Notes: generated by a model not told the origin, from the letters alone. Counted from the stretch's first letter, positions 1 to 10,228 are shown. The stretch is 64,000 bases of DNA from an uncultured bacterium (GCA_963766885.1 CAVYBO010000001.1:4352-68351); one strand, 5' to 3'. Numbers and translations are program-made.

Positions 1-89
1 AGCTATTGATTAGATTACGTCTTTGCTATATATAAAAATTGGCCTCGAACTAAATCGAGACCATCTTGCGCGATCAAATGAGCACTCAG

Positions 90-599
90 CTAAACTTCAG
101 TGGTAGCCTCAGCCGGGTCTGGAATTTCTGCTCCGTTGGCTGCGATTGCAGTGATTTCAGCGGGTGCCGCAGTTTGTGCCGGAGCAACTTCGGCTTCAGT
201 TCCAGAAGCCTTGTGGCTAGCCAGCGCGGCCTCGATGAGTTTGAGGACGTTGGGAGACGAATCGGTCCCACCTTTGTTTCCGAAGTTTGCACCGTTGTTT
301 ATGAACCCCCCTGGCCCGGTGAAGAGCTTGTCCACAAGCACTGTGGCCCCTTGTTCAAAGACAACCTTGCCGGCCATAATTTGGGCACAGTCGGCTTTGG
401 CACCCTTCATGACAGTAAGGACTCCCCTGATGACGACGTTCCCCTCAAGGAGACCGCCTTCTTCGACGGTGACGTCGCTCAGGCTGATTGTATCGGCGCC
501 AAGCACCCCACCCTTTCGGACGATGAGAGGATGTTCGAGTGATACGCTACCCCCGATTTTCATTCCAGGGCTAACGATTCCATAATTTGCAATATCCAT
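90..599 (-). CDS. Bactofilin-like cytoskeletal protein (beta-helical G/V-rich repeats, Ala/Pro-rich tail); GC-rich relative to the rest of the window
   Basis: 169-aa ORF with repeated GxVxG-type hydrophobic pattern typical of bactofilin/CcmA; local GC about 60%. Confidence 0.55.
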   Translation of the reverse strand: MDIANYGIVSPGMKIGGSVSLEHPLIVRKGGVLGADTISLSDVTVEEGGLLEGNVVIRGVLTVMKGAKADCAQIMAGKVVFEQGATVLVDKLFTGPGGFINNGANFGNKGGTDSSPNVLKLIEAALASHKASGTEAEVAPAQTAAPAEITAIAANGAEIPDPAEATTEV

Positions 600-784
600 A
601 ACTGGCGTTGAATTTACTACTTATTTCGAAAATGTCAAGCAATTTTAGGGTTTTGGTAATTTAGGTGTCATTAGCACTTGCTTTTTTATTTATTATGTGA
701 TATAATAGGGTAAGGTTCATTGAAAGTCGTTTTTAATTTTGTTTGCGTAAGCGATCTGATTCTAACTAATATTTTGGAATTAGA

Positions 785-1480
785 TTGCTTATGCAAAACA
801 AAACCCTACATAACCGCGGCAACGCGGTACGCACGTCCATCGTGCAATTCGTTGTGATCGCGATCGCTTTGACCGCTTTCACCTTCAACACCAACTCCGC
901 ATTCGCCTCCGATCGTCGTCTGGTTCATCACCGCGTCGCCGATGGGATGCTTGCGGTCGGTGATCCCACCGAAGCGGGTTTGCCGCCCCTCACATGGACA
1001 CCGGCCACGCCGATTACTCTGGCCGAGAAGTATGCCGCGGCATACGTAATCCAGCATCAGTTGGACTACCGCGGGCTGCGGGCGGGCATCCATGTGGATG
1101 CGGAAGCAACGGACAAGAAACAGGCCGTTCTTGATTACAACCTTCTGATCAACTCAGCTACGGCTGCAATAGCTTCCTTATCCGGCACCAACGGAGACCC
1201 GGTGGCTTCCGCGGGGTATGCGATGGTTCTTCGCTCGGCGGCGAATGGCAATGAAAAAATGGCTCATCGGCTCAATGCTCAGGGCTGCCGTAATGGATCA
1301 GCGGCGATCGCGGTCAGCTACAGGATTGCTGCGGCCTCTCTGGCCGGTGTGTTGCATATCGAAGGTGAACCAACGGCCGACGCAAATCCAACTTCGGCAC
1401 CTACCGAACCGAACCCACCGGCGACCCCGGCGGCGCCTGCAACGGCAGACGGAGGCACGTTGCCACCGGCACCTCAATAG
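785..1480 (+). CDS. Hypothetical secreted/membrane protein with Pro/Thr/Ala-rich C-terminus; GC-rich
   Basis: 231-aa ORF, N-terminal hydrophobic segment, no recognisable domain. Confidence 0.4.
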   Translation: MLMQNKTLHNRGNAVRTSIVQFVVIAIALTAFTFNTNSAFASDRRLVHHRVADGMLAVGDPTEAGLPPLTWTPATPITLAEKYAAAYVIQHQLDYRGLRAGIHVDAEATDKKQAVLDYNLLINSATAAIASLSGTNGDPVASAGYAMVLRSAANGNEKMAHRLNAQGCRNGSAAIAVSYRIAAASLAGVLHIEGEPTADANPTSAPTEPNPPATPAAPATADGGTLPPAPQ

Positions 1481-1502
1481 GTGAAACGACTAAAACTCAT
1501 CA

Positions 1503-1546
1503 AAACGGCGCAGGTTCTACGGAACTTGCGCCGTTTAAGTTTTTTA
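1503..1546 (+). terminator. Rho-independent terminator after the GC-rich gene
   Basis: aacggcgcag...tgcgccgtt hairpin followed by a T-run. Confidence 0.6.
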
Positions 1547-1582
1547 TACATCTTGAAATTTTCGATATGCTAAAATTGTTTT

Positions 1583-2038
1583 ATGAGAATTATTTCCAAA
1601 AATCCTGAGCAGACCGAAGATGTTGCCATAAAAATTTTGCGTAAAATTATGGCCCTTCCAGAACCAAAAGAAGCAGTGGTGCTTGCGCTCTCTGGAGATT
1701 TGGGCGCGGGCAAAACTACATTCTCGCAATTTTTGGGCAAAAGACTCGGAGTAAAAAACACAATGCAGAGTCCGACTTTTCTTTTGATAAAGCGATACGA
1801 AACATTTAATCCTTTTTTTGAAAATTTTTTTCATATTGATGCGTACAGAATTGAGAAGGAAGACGAAATTGCAAAGTTGGGTTTTGATAAAATCACAAAA
1901 AATCACAAAAATATTGTTGTTATTGAATGGCCGGAAAAAATCCAAAATATTTTGCCCTCTGACGCACTTCAAATTAATTTTAGACACGGCAATGATGAAA
2001 ATGAGAGAATAATAGAAATTCCAGATGAGCTCTACTAA
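1583..2038 (+). CDS. tsaE: tRNA threonylcarbamoyladenosine biosynthesis ATPase TsaE
   Basis: Walker A GDLGAGKTT and SPTF motif; about 150 aa. Confidence 0.75.
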   Translation: MRIISKNPEQTEDVAIKILRKIMALPEPKEAVVLALSGDLGAGKTTFSQFLGKRLGVKNTMQSPTFLLIKRYETFNPFFENFFHIDAYRIEKEDEIAKLGFDKITKNHKNIVVIEWPEKIQNILPSDALQINFRHGNDENERIIEIPDELY

Positions 2039-4409
2039 AAATAAAAAAATATTAGTGCTTTTGGATGTTCACGCCATTATTCACCGCGCGTATCATGCGC
2101 TGCCGGATTTCTCTTCAAGTAGCGGCGAGCCGACAGGAGCTCTGTACGGGCTTTCAACAATGCTGCTTAGAATCATTGAAGAATTCAAGCCGGATTTTTT
2201 GGCTGCCTGTTATGATTTGCCGAAGCCGACATACAGGCATGAAGCTTACGCCGATTATAAAGGAGGTAGAAGAAAAACTGATGATGCTTTAATTGCCCAG
2301 ATAAAAAGAAGTAATGAAATTTTTGAAGCCTTTTCCATTCCAGAATATTCGCTAGAAGGATTTGAAGCTGACGATATGCTCGGCACTATTGTTGAAAAAA
2401 TGAAAAACAGAGATGATGTGGAAATTATTATTGCCTCCGGCGATATGGATACTTTGCAATTAGTTTCTCCAAAGGTAAAAGTTTTTACATTGCGCAAAGG
2501 AATCAAGGACACGATTTTGTATGGCGAAGAGCAGGTGGTGGAGCGTTACGGTTTTACACCGAAATTCGTACCGGATTTCAAAGGACTTTCTGGAGATCAG
2601 TCTGACAATATAATCGGTGTGCCGGGAATTGGAGAAAAAACAGCCACGAATTTAATTCAAAATTTTGGAACAGTGGAAGAAATTTATGCGGCGTTGGAAA
2701 GCGGGGAAGAAAAAAGATTTGCTAAAGCCGGAGTAAAAGAGCGAATCATAAATCTGCTCAAAGAAAATAAGGAAGAAGCCGAGTTTAGCAAAATGCTTGC
2801 AACCATTCGCAAGGACGCGCCGATTGATTTTGTTTTGCCAAAAAAAGATTGGAAAGAAAATGTTTCTCTTCCAGAAATAAAGAAAATATTTACCGAGCTT
2901 GAATTTAGAAGTCTTATACCAAGAATTGAAAAACTTTTTGGAGAACAGAATTCTGAACAAAGCGAAGAAGATAAAGAAGAAAAAGCTGCAGAGAGACCAA
3001 GCGATGAAGAATTAAAGAAAGCTGGCATAGCGCTCTGGCTTTTGGATTCTTCGATTATTGATCCGCAAGAATCGGATGTTATTGAATATGGAAGAAGAAA
3101 ACATCAGACAAATAATTTTTTCGATGCAGCAAAAAAAATTTTGGAGGATTTGAAAAAAGAAAATTTATGGAAAGTTTATGAAGAAATAGAATTACCGCTG
3201 ATTCCTATAATTGAAGAAATGGGTAAGTCTGGAGTATTGATTGATCAGAAATATTTGAATGAGCTATCGCAGAAATATAATAAAAAACTTAAAGATTTAG
3301 AAAAAGAAATCTGGAAATTATGCGGAGTAGAATTTAACCTTAATTCTCCAAAGCAGCTTTCTGAAGTGCTTTTTATGACACTTGGATTGAAATTAAAAAA
3401 TGGCAAAAAGACTGCGGGAGGCGTGGCATCAACCAAAGAGAGTGAGCTAGAAAAAATGAAAGACATGCACCCATCAATTCCGCTTATTCTTGAGTACCGC
3501 GAATTTGCAAAGCTTGTAGGCACGTACGTGGATGCGATTCCTAAACTTATTGCTTCCGATGGAAGACTGCACGCCAAATTTATTCAAACCGGTTCAGCAA
3601 CAGGCAGGTTTTCTTCCAAAGATCCAAATTTACAAAACATCCCAATCAAGACTGAAGCAGGATATGCAATCAGGCGCGCTTTTATTGCGGATAAAGGCAG
3701 AAAGCTTTTAGTTTTTGATTATTCACAGATTCAACTACGCATCGCAGCTTTTCTTTCTGGGGATGAAAAATTAATTGAAATTTTCAAAGCTGGCGAAGAT
3801 ATTCACACGGCTGTGGCATCACAGGTTTTTAAAGTACCGCTTAAAGATGTTGATAGGGAAATGAGACGCAAAGCCAAGGTGATAAATTTTGGAATTCTGT
3901 ATGGAATGGGAGTTAACGCTCTTAAAAAGAATTTAAATTCTACATTGGTTGAAGCCAAGAAATTTTATGAAGAATATTTTGTAACTTTCAAAACTCTGGC
4001 AAAGTATTTGGAAGATACAAAAATTAAAGCCGCAAGAACTGGCTACACAGAAACCTTTTTTGGCAGAAAAAGAAAATTTGAGAGTTTGAATTCTAAAATT
4101 CCATTTATTCGCGCAGCAGCAGAAAGAATGGCGATTAACGCGCCGATTCAGGGGACTGAAGCAGACATTGTAAAAATTGCTATGATTCGCGTGCATGAGT
4201 TTCTAAAAAAAGAAAAGCTTTTAGGCAAAGCGGAGCTTAATATGCAAGTTCACGACGAATTAGTTTATGAAGTAGACAAAGAGCAGGTAGATTATTTGAA
4301 AGAAAAAATAGAAAATATTATGGAAAGCATTTTGCCTTTGAGCGAAACTATGGGTGTGCCGATTTTGGCCACTGCAATTGAAGCGGATGATTTGGCAGAT
4401 GCTAAATAA
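2025..4409 (+). CDS. polA: DNA polymerase I (5'-3' exonuclease plus family A polymerase domain)
   Basis: 794 aa; motif A DYSQIQLR; motif C QVHDELVYEV; N-terminal FEN-like domain. Confidence 0.9.
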   Translation: MSSTKNKKILVLLDVHAIIHRAYHALPDFSSSSGEPTGALYGLSTMLLRIIEEFKPDFLAACYDLPKPTYRHEAYADYKGGRRKTDDALIAQIKRSNEIFEAFSIPEYSLEGFEADDMLGTIVEKMKNRDDVEIIIASGDMDTLQLVSPKVKVFTLRKGIKDTILYGEEQVVERYGFTPKFVPDFKGLSGDQSDNIIGVPGIGEKTATNLIQNFGTVEEIYAALESGEEKRFAKAGVKERIINLLKENKEEAEFSKMLATIRKDAPIDFVLPKKDWKENVSLPEIKKIFTELEFRSLIPRIEKLFGEQNSEQSEEDKEEKAAERPSDEELKKAGIALWLLDSSIIDPQESDVIEYGRRKHQTNNFFDAAKKILEDLKKENLWKVYEEIELPLIPIIEEMGKSGVLIDQKYLNELSQKYNKKLKDLEKEIWKLCGVEFNLNSPKQLSEVLFMTLGLKLKNGKKTAGGVASTKESELEKMKDMHPSIPLILEYREFAKLVGTYVDAIPKLIASDGRLHAKFIQTGSATGRFSSKDPNLQNIPIKTEAGYAIRRAFIADKGRKLLVFDYSQIQLRIAAFLSGDEKLIEIFKAGEDIHTAVASQVFKVPLKDVDREMRRKAKVINFGILYGMGVNALKKNLNSTLVEAKKFYEEYFVTFKTLAKYLEDTKIKAARTGYTETFFGRKRKFESLNSKIPFIRAAAERMAINAPIQGTEADIVKIAMIRVHEFLKKEKLLGKAELNMQVHDELVYEVDKEQVDYLKEKIENIMESILPLSETMGVPILATAIEADDLADAK

Positions 4410-4427
4410 AACAGATAAAATATAAAG

Positions 4428-5141
4428 ATGATTTATTTTTTTTCAGGAGAAAACAGCATAAAAAGTTTTGATAAGGGCACGGCGCTTTTTAAGAATTTGC
4501 AGGACAAAAAACCCGATGCTACTTTTCTGTCTTTTGATGCAGAAAGTATTTCAGAAGACACCCTTGGCGAGCTGATTGCATCCCAAGGCCTTTTTGAAAA
4601 AAAAGTCGTGGCACTGTTTAAAAATATTTTAGCCAAGACTGATTTGAAAAAAGAAATCCTAAAAAGAGTTTCTGATTTTAAGGATTCACAAAATATTTTT
4701 GTTTGGATTGAAAAAGATATTACACCAGCAGAAGAAAAAGCGCTTACAGAAGCTGCAGAAAAAAGCATAATTTCGCAATCTGAAAAGCAGACTAAACCGG
4801 AATTTAATATTTTTTCTTTAACAGAAAGTTTTGGTCAGAGAAACAAGATTAAACTTTGGACTCTGCTTTTGGATGCGCTTGCTCAAGGTAAAGCAGCTGA
4901 AGAAATTCACGGCACGCTTTTTTGGCAGGCCAAAGCAATATTGCTCGCAAAGCTTGAGAAAACAGCTGATGATGCAGGGCTTAAACCATTTTCATACACA
5001 AAAGCAAAAGGTTTCGGCAAAAACTTTTCTGATGAAGAAATAAAAATAGTGATAAAAAAATTAGTGCAAATGTATCACGAAGCGCATCTTGGAAATACAA
5101 ATTTTGAATTGGCTTTGGAAGATTTTGCGTTGTCAATTTGA
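4428..5141 (+). CDS. holA: Putative DNA polymerase III delta subunit
   Basis: 237 aa; N-terminus resembles delta subunits (MIYFFSGEN...). Confidence 0.4.
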   Translation: MIYFFSGENSIKSFDKGTALFKNLQDKKPDATFLSFDAESISEDTLGELIASQGLFEKKVVALFKNILAKTDLKKEILKRVSDFKDSQNIFVWIEKDITPAEEKALTEAAEKSIISQSEKQTKPEFNIFSLTESFGQRNKIKLWTLLLDALAQGKAAEEIHGTLFWQAKAILLAKLEKTADDAGLKPFSYTKAKGFGKNFSDEEIKIVIKKLVQMYHEAHLGNTNFELALEDFALSI

Positions 5142-5178
5142 TTTATTTTGAAATAAAAATTAGGAGCTTTGCTTGCTC

Positions 5179-5391
5179 CTATGCGAAATCGTTGGCCATT
5201 GCCGCAATCATAGATTGGTATAGATTATTTTCATCCAATCTCATTCTCTCGCAATCAGCTCGGGAGACATACACTATGTCATCTCCGACAAGCCTTTTAC
5301 TATGAAAGGCGGTAAATGGCCAAGCTTCAAAGTTAGGGTTTTGGAAGATTCCGAAGAGTACTTCCCCAGGGGAAAAAATATCACTAGGCAT
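5179..5391 (-). CDS. Small hypothetical protein (moderately GC-rich islet beside tRNA-Lys)
   Basis: 70-aa ORF only. Confidence 0.25.
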   Translation of the reverse strand: MPSDIFSPGEVLFGIFQNPNFEAWPFTAFHSKRLVGDDIVYVSRADCERMRLDENNLYQSMIAAMANDFA

Positions 5392-5472
5392 TCTAAAGTC
5401 TGATATTAACTCCGAATTATTTATTAAGCAAGTAAAAATTAAGTATAAAAATTGTCCTATTACTAGGACTTT

Positions 5473-5748
5473 CTATTCCACCAAGCACCACGTAGCGATG
5501 GGGAGGCTTTGAGTTACTTCACATTCCCATTCCGGATGTTGCCCAAAAAGCTCGAGGATTTCGTCTGTTCTTAGTCGGCGTTTCTCGTCGATGACTTCAA
5601 CACAGGCATCGGCGATTGTTTTGCGCATAGCGCTCCAGCTTATCTCGTCGTGAACACTTCCTTCACTAGGGGATACGACAACTGGACTATCATTGTCTGG
5701 CGGTTGCGAAGTTCCTGGTTGTATAAGAACAATTGGTTTCAGCTTCAT
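5473..5748 (-). CDS. Small hypothetical protein (moderately GC-rich islet beside tRNA-Lys)
   Basis: 91-aa ORF only. Confidence 0.3.
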   Translation of the reverse strand: MKLKPIVLIQPGTSQPPDNDSPVVVSPSEGSVHDEISWSAMRKTIADACVEVIDEKRRLRTDEILELFGQHPEWECEVTQSLPIATWCLVE

Positions 5749-5879
5749 TGTTTCTCATATTACACATACATAACTTTTTTTCAAGCTTCAGTAAAAATTT
5801 CTACTCAAAAGAAAAAGGTTTATTAAAAGTTTAACAAAATCAGTTTTTCTGATATATTTTGTTGCACGCGCTTAAGTGA

Positions 5880-5952
5880 CCGCCCATAGCTCAGCTGGTA
5901 GAGCAGATCCCTCTTAAGGATAAGGTCGTTGGTTCGATCCCAACTGGGCGGA
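5880..5952 (+). tRNA. tRNA-Lys (anticodon CTT)
   Basis: Manual cloverleaf: acceptor ccgccca/tgggcgg, T-loop ttcgatc, anticodon loop ctCTTaa; no encoded CCA. Confidence 0.8.
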
Positions 5953-5964
5953 TAAAATAAAAAA

Positions 5965-5992
5965 AACAGAAGGCCGAGCCCTCTGTTTTTTT
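5965..5992. terminator. Imperfect hairpin plus T-run between tRNA-Lys and the convergent secreted-protein gene
   Basis: acagaaggccgagccctctgttttttt. Confidence 0.4.
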
Positions 5993-6014
5993 GGTTAATA
6001 ATTTTTGGTTATGA

Positions 6015-7049
6015 TTAGAATCCGAAGAGATTTTTGAAGAAGTTGCCGATTGATCCAAAGAATCCTCCCATTCCTCCTGGTCTAGAACCATTACCATTTG
6101 AAGCGCTTGCGCTTCCTTGATCCATAACTGAAGTTGCAGTTACTGAAGTACCGTTCACTGTTCCTTGAACAATGACTTTGTCACCAGTTGAAACATTAGA
6201 AACTGTTGCGCTTGAATTGCCCTTGACTTGTATTTTGGCGTTTGTTGCATCAATAGCGTATGTAACATTGCCGCTGTTGGTAAGAGTGATTGTTGAACCG
6301 CTTACAGAAGATACTGTTCCGGCAAGAACTGGTTCGCCGTTTCCCTGAATTTGTGGACCAGAACCAGCTCCGTTTCCTTGCATAACTCCGTCTCGGATTT
6401 TTGTTGCGGTAACGGATGTTCCGCTAACAGTTCCCTGAACTGCAATTGTGTCGCCGACTGCGATACTTGCGACTGTAGTTGTTGCGCCGTTTTTCATAAC
6501 TGTTGCGTTTGTTGCATCAACTGTGTATGTGGTTGGCGTTGTGCTTTGATTTGGTCCCATACCGTTGCTTGTAACTGTAATAGTGTTGCCACTAACTGAA
6601 GCAACAGTTCCAACTACAGCTGGTCTCATTCCCATACCTCTTCCCATTCCGCCTTTGAATTGCCCGTCATTGATTTTTGTAGCAGTTACGCTTGTTCCGC
6701 TAACAGTTCCCTGAACCATCACAGTGTCGCCAACTGCAATTGCAGAAACAGAGCTTGCGCTTCCGCTTTTCATTACAGTAGCGTTTGTTGCATCTACTGT
6801 ATAAGTTGTTGCGGTTGTGTTTGTTCCAAAACCTTTGCTTGTAACTGTCAGAGTGTTGCCGCTAACTGATGCAACTGTTCCAAAAACCCCATTTCGAGGC
6901 GTGTTTGGTCCGCCCATCATACCGCTATGTCCTTGTCCACCTTGCCAAGGTCCGCCCTGAGTGCTCTGAGCAGAAGCTGGTGTTGCCGCTAATATAGCAA
7001 CAAGAGCCAAAGCTCCAGATATTCCGATAATATATTTTTTATTTAACAT
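6015..7049 (-). CDS. Secreted protein with three tandem ~85-aa repeats (GTVASVSGNT.TVTS...YTVDATNATVMK...AVGD...VQGTVSGTSVTATKI)
   Basis: Signal peptide ending in ASAQ; three near-identical internal repeats at protein and DNA level; Gly-rich ends. Confidence 0.6.
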   Translation of the reverse strand: MLNKKYIIGISGALALVAILAATPASAQSTQGGPWQGGQGHSGMMGGPNTPRNGVFGTVASVSGNTLTVTSKGFGTNTTATTYTVDATNATVMKSGSASSVSAIAVGDTVMVQGTVSGTSVTATKINDGQFKGGMGRGMGMRPAVVGTVASVSGNTITVTSNGMGPNQSTTPTTYTVDATNATVMKNGATTTVASIAVGDTIAVQGTVSGTSVTATKIRDGVMQGNGAGSGPQIQGNGEPVLAGTVSSVSGSTITLTNSGNVTYAIDATNAKIQVKGNSSATVSNVSTGDKVIVQGTVNGTSVTATSVMDQGSASASNGNGSRPGGMGGFFGSIGNFFKNLFGF

Positions 7050-7164
7050 AATTAATTATTTATTTTCCGATTTTCCTAATACTAACTGAATTAATCGACA
7101 TTAATTCTCGTAATAAGGTATACGGTCTTAGATGTAATAAAGTTTCAAAAATTTAAGGATTAAT

Positions 7165-7569
7165 TTAGAGAGGCAAATCCGCGCCACCAAATCCTGGTCC
7201 TGTGAAAATAAGAGAAATTAAAATTACAAGAAGCAAAACATAAGTATTTATATTTCGAGAAATCAGATCTGGCCTGAAGATTTTGATTATTATTGCCACA
7301 AGCATGAGTACAGCAAGTGAAAGAGCGGCTATTTGAGTCCATGCCCCGGCAATCAGAAGCACTCCGGCGGCAAGTTCAATTGCTGACATAAAATACAAAA
7401 ACCACTTTGCCGGTCGTAGTCTTGCCTCTGTAAATAATCTGATTCTTTCCTCACGTTTGTCTTCTAGGTTTTCGTATGCAAATATAAGAGTGTAAATTCC
7501 GGCCACAACACGAAGAATGGCTGGGGAAACTGTTTGAAAAGAAAGCAAGTATGGAAACGCGCTTAACAT
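7165..7569 (-). CDS. DoxX-family-like small membrane protein; start moved to the internal ATG at 7569
   Basis: Four predicted TM segments; the ORF-track start at 7689 would overlap the next gene. Confidence 0.45.
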   Translation of the reverse strand: MLSAFPYLLSFQTVSPAILRVVAGIYTLIFAYENLEDKREERIRLFTEARLRPAKWFLYFMSAIELAAGVLLIAGAWTQIAALSLAVLMLVAIIIKIFRPDLISRNINTYVLLLVILISLIFTGPGFGGADLPL

Positions 7570-7597
7570 AAAAACTATTATACACATATTACAAAAT

Positions 7598-8068
7598 ATG
7601 AAAACTTCATATTTAATTTTGCACAACGTCCGGAGCGAGTACAACGTCGGCTCAATTTTTCGTACGGCAGACGGCGTTGGCGTGTCCAAAATATTTTTAG
7701 CAGGCTACACGCCGGCGCCAATTGATAAATTTGGCAGGCCGGTGAAAGAAATTTCCAAAACTGCGCTTGGGGCAGAAAAGACAATTCCTTGGGAACAAGA
7801 AAAAAACATTTCCAAACTCCTCAAAAATTTAAAAAAACAAAAATTTCAAATCATTGCAATCGAACAAGCCAAAAATTCCGTTGATTACAAAAAAATCAAA
7901 CCCAAATTTCCAGTAGCTTTTATTTTGGGCAACGAAGTCAAAGGAATCTCCAAATCAGTTTTAAATCTCTGTGATGTTATTGCTGAGATTCCAATGAAGG
8001 GGAAGAAGGAATCTCTCAACGTTTCCGTTTCTGCAGGCGTGGCGCTGTTTAGGATTTTAAATGTATAA
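7598..8068 (+). CDS. SpoU/TrmH-family RNA 2'-O-methyltransferase
   Basis: 156 aa; SPOUT motifs FILGNEVKGIS and NVSVSAGVALF. Confidence 0.7.
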   Translation: MKTSYLILHNVRSEYNVGSIFRTADGVGVSKIFLAGYTPAPIDKFGRPVKEISKTALGAEKTIPWEQEKNISKLLKNLKKQKFQIIAIEQAKNSVDYKKIKPKFPVAFILGNEVKGISKSVLNLCDVIAEIPMKGKKESLNVSVSAGVALFRILNV

Positions 8069-8980
8069 CTTCTGATGAATATCGCAAAAGTGTGCGGAGC
8101 GAGTGGCAATGACTTTGCGGACGATTTTTCCTTTACATCCTTTGATTAAACATTTTTTTCCGGTGCGGCGGTAGGCAATATGCTTGTTTTGAAATTCTCC
8201 TCGCGTGCCTTCAATGTTTCTATAATCGCTCATTGAATCTCCGCCAAAATCAATCCCTTTTTTCAAAACATTTTGTGCCTCAAGAAAAAGTTTCTGCAAT
8301 ATTTTATCTGGAATTTTTGCAGGCGCGGATTCTGGATGAATTCCAGCTCGGCAAAGCGCTTCGTCAGAATAAATATTTCCAATTCCGGCGATGATGCTTT
8401 GGTCCATCAATACTTGCTTGATTTTGCCTCTGGATTTTTTCAAAAGTCTTTCTTTGAATTTTTGATAAGTGAGATTTTTATCCAATGCATCCGGACCGAT
8501 GTTTTCAAGATGGGATGTTTTTTCCAAATCAGATTTTTTGAAAAGCGTTACTTTAGCAAACCGGCGCATATCGGAGAGAGCCAAGCTTTTGCCATTTGAA
8601 AAAGTAAAAAGAAGCCGGATAAATCTATTGAACGGATCTTTCAGTGCCTCTGGAGAAATTGCTCTCCAAGGATCTTTTTTGCTTTTTGAATCAAATTCAT
8701 ATTTTCCATAAAGCAGGTGGCCTGTCATCTTCATATGAACAAGCACAACCAAATCTCCAGACAAGAAAATCAAAATATTTTTTGCCTGTCTTTTCGCCTC
8801 AATAATTTTTTTGCCTATAATTTGTTTTTTGAAATTAGCAAAAAACTTTGAGTCTTTGATGTTGTCTTTACCTGTGTGATACGCGCCTCCATAATTTGTC
8901 CAAACATCTTTTATAACAAGACCTTTTAGATACAGGTTTATCCCATTAACTGTGGTTTGTACTTCAGGCAGCTCGGGCAT
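8057..8980 (-). CDS. mutM: Formamidopyrimidine-DNA glycosylase (Fpg/Nei family)
   Basis: N-terminal MPELPEV; C-terminal zinc finger with CxxC pairs. Confidence 0.8.
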   Translation of the reverse strand: MPELPEVQTTVNGINLYLKGLVIKDVWTNYGGAYHTGKDNIKDSKFFANFKKQIIGKKIIEAKRQAKNILIFLSGDLVVLVHMKMTGHLLYGKYEFDSKSKKDPWRAISPEALKDPFNRFIRLLFTFSNGKSLALSDMRRFAKVTLFKKSDLEKTSHLENIGPDALDKNLTYQKFKERLLKKSRGKIKQVLMDQSIIAGIGNIYSDEALCRAGIHPESAPAKIPDKILQKLFLEAQNVLKKGIDFGGDSMSDYRNIEGTRGEFQNKHIAYRRTGKKCLIKGCKGKIVRKVIATRSAHFCDIHQKLYI

Positions 8981-8982
8981 AA

Positions 8983-9594
8983 TTATTCTTCAAAAATCGG
9001 TGGAGTGATCTGATATTTTTCCGGATGTCGAAAAATATCTTTCAGTTTTTTGATTTCTCCACGCATCAGGAATTCCTCAACAAATGTTGGTTTGAGATAA
9101 AGCTTTTTATTTTGGACCATGTCAATAAATTTATCAAAGCTCACTTTAAAAGGTTTGATTTTTTCTCCCGGCTCAAGACGTTGGCCGACTTTTTTGAGTG
9201 GATCTTTGGCAATAAATACATAATGAACTTTTTCAATATCTATTACTCTTTTTTCAAAATATACCAAATAATAATTTTTGTATGACCAGCCGATCTCTTC
9301 CTCCACTTCTCTTTGTACCGCTTCAAAAATATTTTCCCCTTCTTCAATTCCGCCTGCAGGGAGTGTCAGGTGTTCTTTTAGCCAATGAGGTTGCTTTTCC
9401 TTTATCAAAATAATTTTATCCTTTTCTACAATAATTGCGCTCAAAGAGTCTCTTCTTTTTATCATTTCAAAAGTCGCAACTTCACCGTTAAAAAGTCTTT
9501 GTTCCCATTGATAGACATGAAATCTTTCTCCATGGAAGACTTTTTTGGCGTGTTTAGGGATTATGTTTTTTATTTTTTTTGTTTTGTTTTTCAT
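8983..9594 (-). CDS. NUDIX hydrolase
   Basis: Nudix box GGIEEGENIFEAVQREVEEEIG. Confidence 0.7.
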   Translation of the reverse strand: MKNKTKKIKNIIPKHAKKVFHGERFHVYQWEQRLFNGEVATFEMIKRRDSLSAIIVEKDKIILIKEKQPHWLKEHLTLPAGGIEEGENIFEAVQREVEEEIGWSYKNYYLVYFEKRVIDIEKVHYVFIAKDPLKKVGQRLEPGEKIKPFKVSFDKFIDMVQNKKLYLKPTFVEEFLMRGEIKKLKDIFRHPEKYQITPPIFEE

Positions 9595-10158
9595 TTATTT
9601 GCCAAGAATTTTAAGTGCGGCTTTGATTCTGTCTTCTGTGCTCGTTAGGGAATCAGGTATTGCTTTGAGGGCATCGCGGGATTCTTTTTGGCTGTAGCCC
9701 AAACTTTTAAGCGCTTCCACGGCTTCCACTTCGCTTTTTAGCGACACGCTTTCTTCTTCATTATTGAATTTGCCTTTCAGTTCCAAAACAATTTTCTCGG
9801 CGATTTTTCTTCCAATTCCGGAAACTTTTGTCAGGTGCGAAATGTCTCCGCTTGAAGCCGCTTTTTTAAGTGATTCAATTGAAGCAATATTTAAAATATT
9901 CATAGCGCTCTTTGGTCCAACGCCGGAAATGGAAATCAAAAGTCCAAAAAAATCCCTCTCGTCGCGTGTTTCAAATCCATACAAGTCATGCGCGTCTTCC
10001 CGAATGTGCTCATGAATCCAAAACTCTAATTCTTGATCAAGTCTGCTCTTTTCAATTAGGCTCGAGAGAGCGAAAATTTTGTATCCTATGCCATTAAGCA
10101 GAATAATTAAATTTTTTTCTTCTTTGCTCCAAACCTTTCCTTGGATGTAGGCAATCAT
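9595..10158 (-). CDS. ruvA: Holliday junction branch-migration protein RuvA
   Basis: MIAYIQGKV N-terminus, HhH GVGPKSAMNIL, C-terminal domain III. Confidence 0.8.
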   Translation of the reverse strand: MIAYIQGKVWSKEEKNLIILLNGIGYKIFALSSLIEKSRLDQELEFWIHEHIREDAHDLYGFETRDERDFFGLLISISGVGPKSAMNILNIASIESLKKAASSGDISHLTKVSGIGRKIAEKIVLELKGKFNNEEESVSLKSEVEAVEALKSLGYSQKESRDALKAIPDSLTSTEDRIKAALKILGK

Positions 10159-10228
10159 AGTCGTTCTAGTATACCCAAAATTATTTTATTGCCAAAATCC
10201 CTGCTTTTTGCTAGGATAAGCGCCACAT

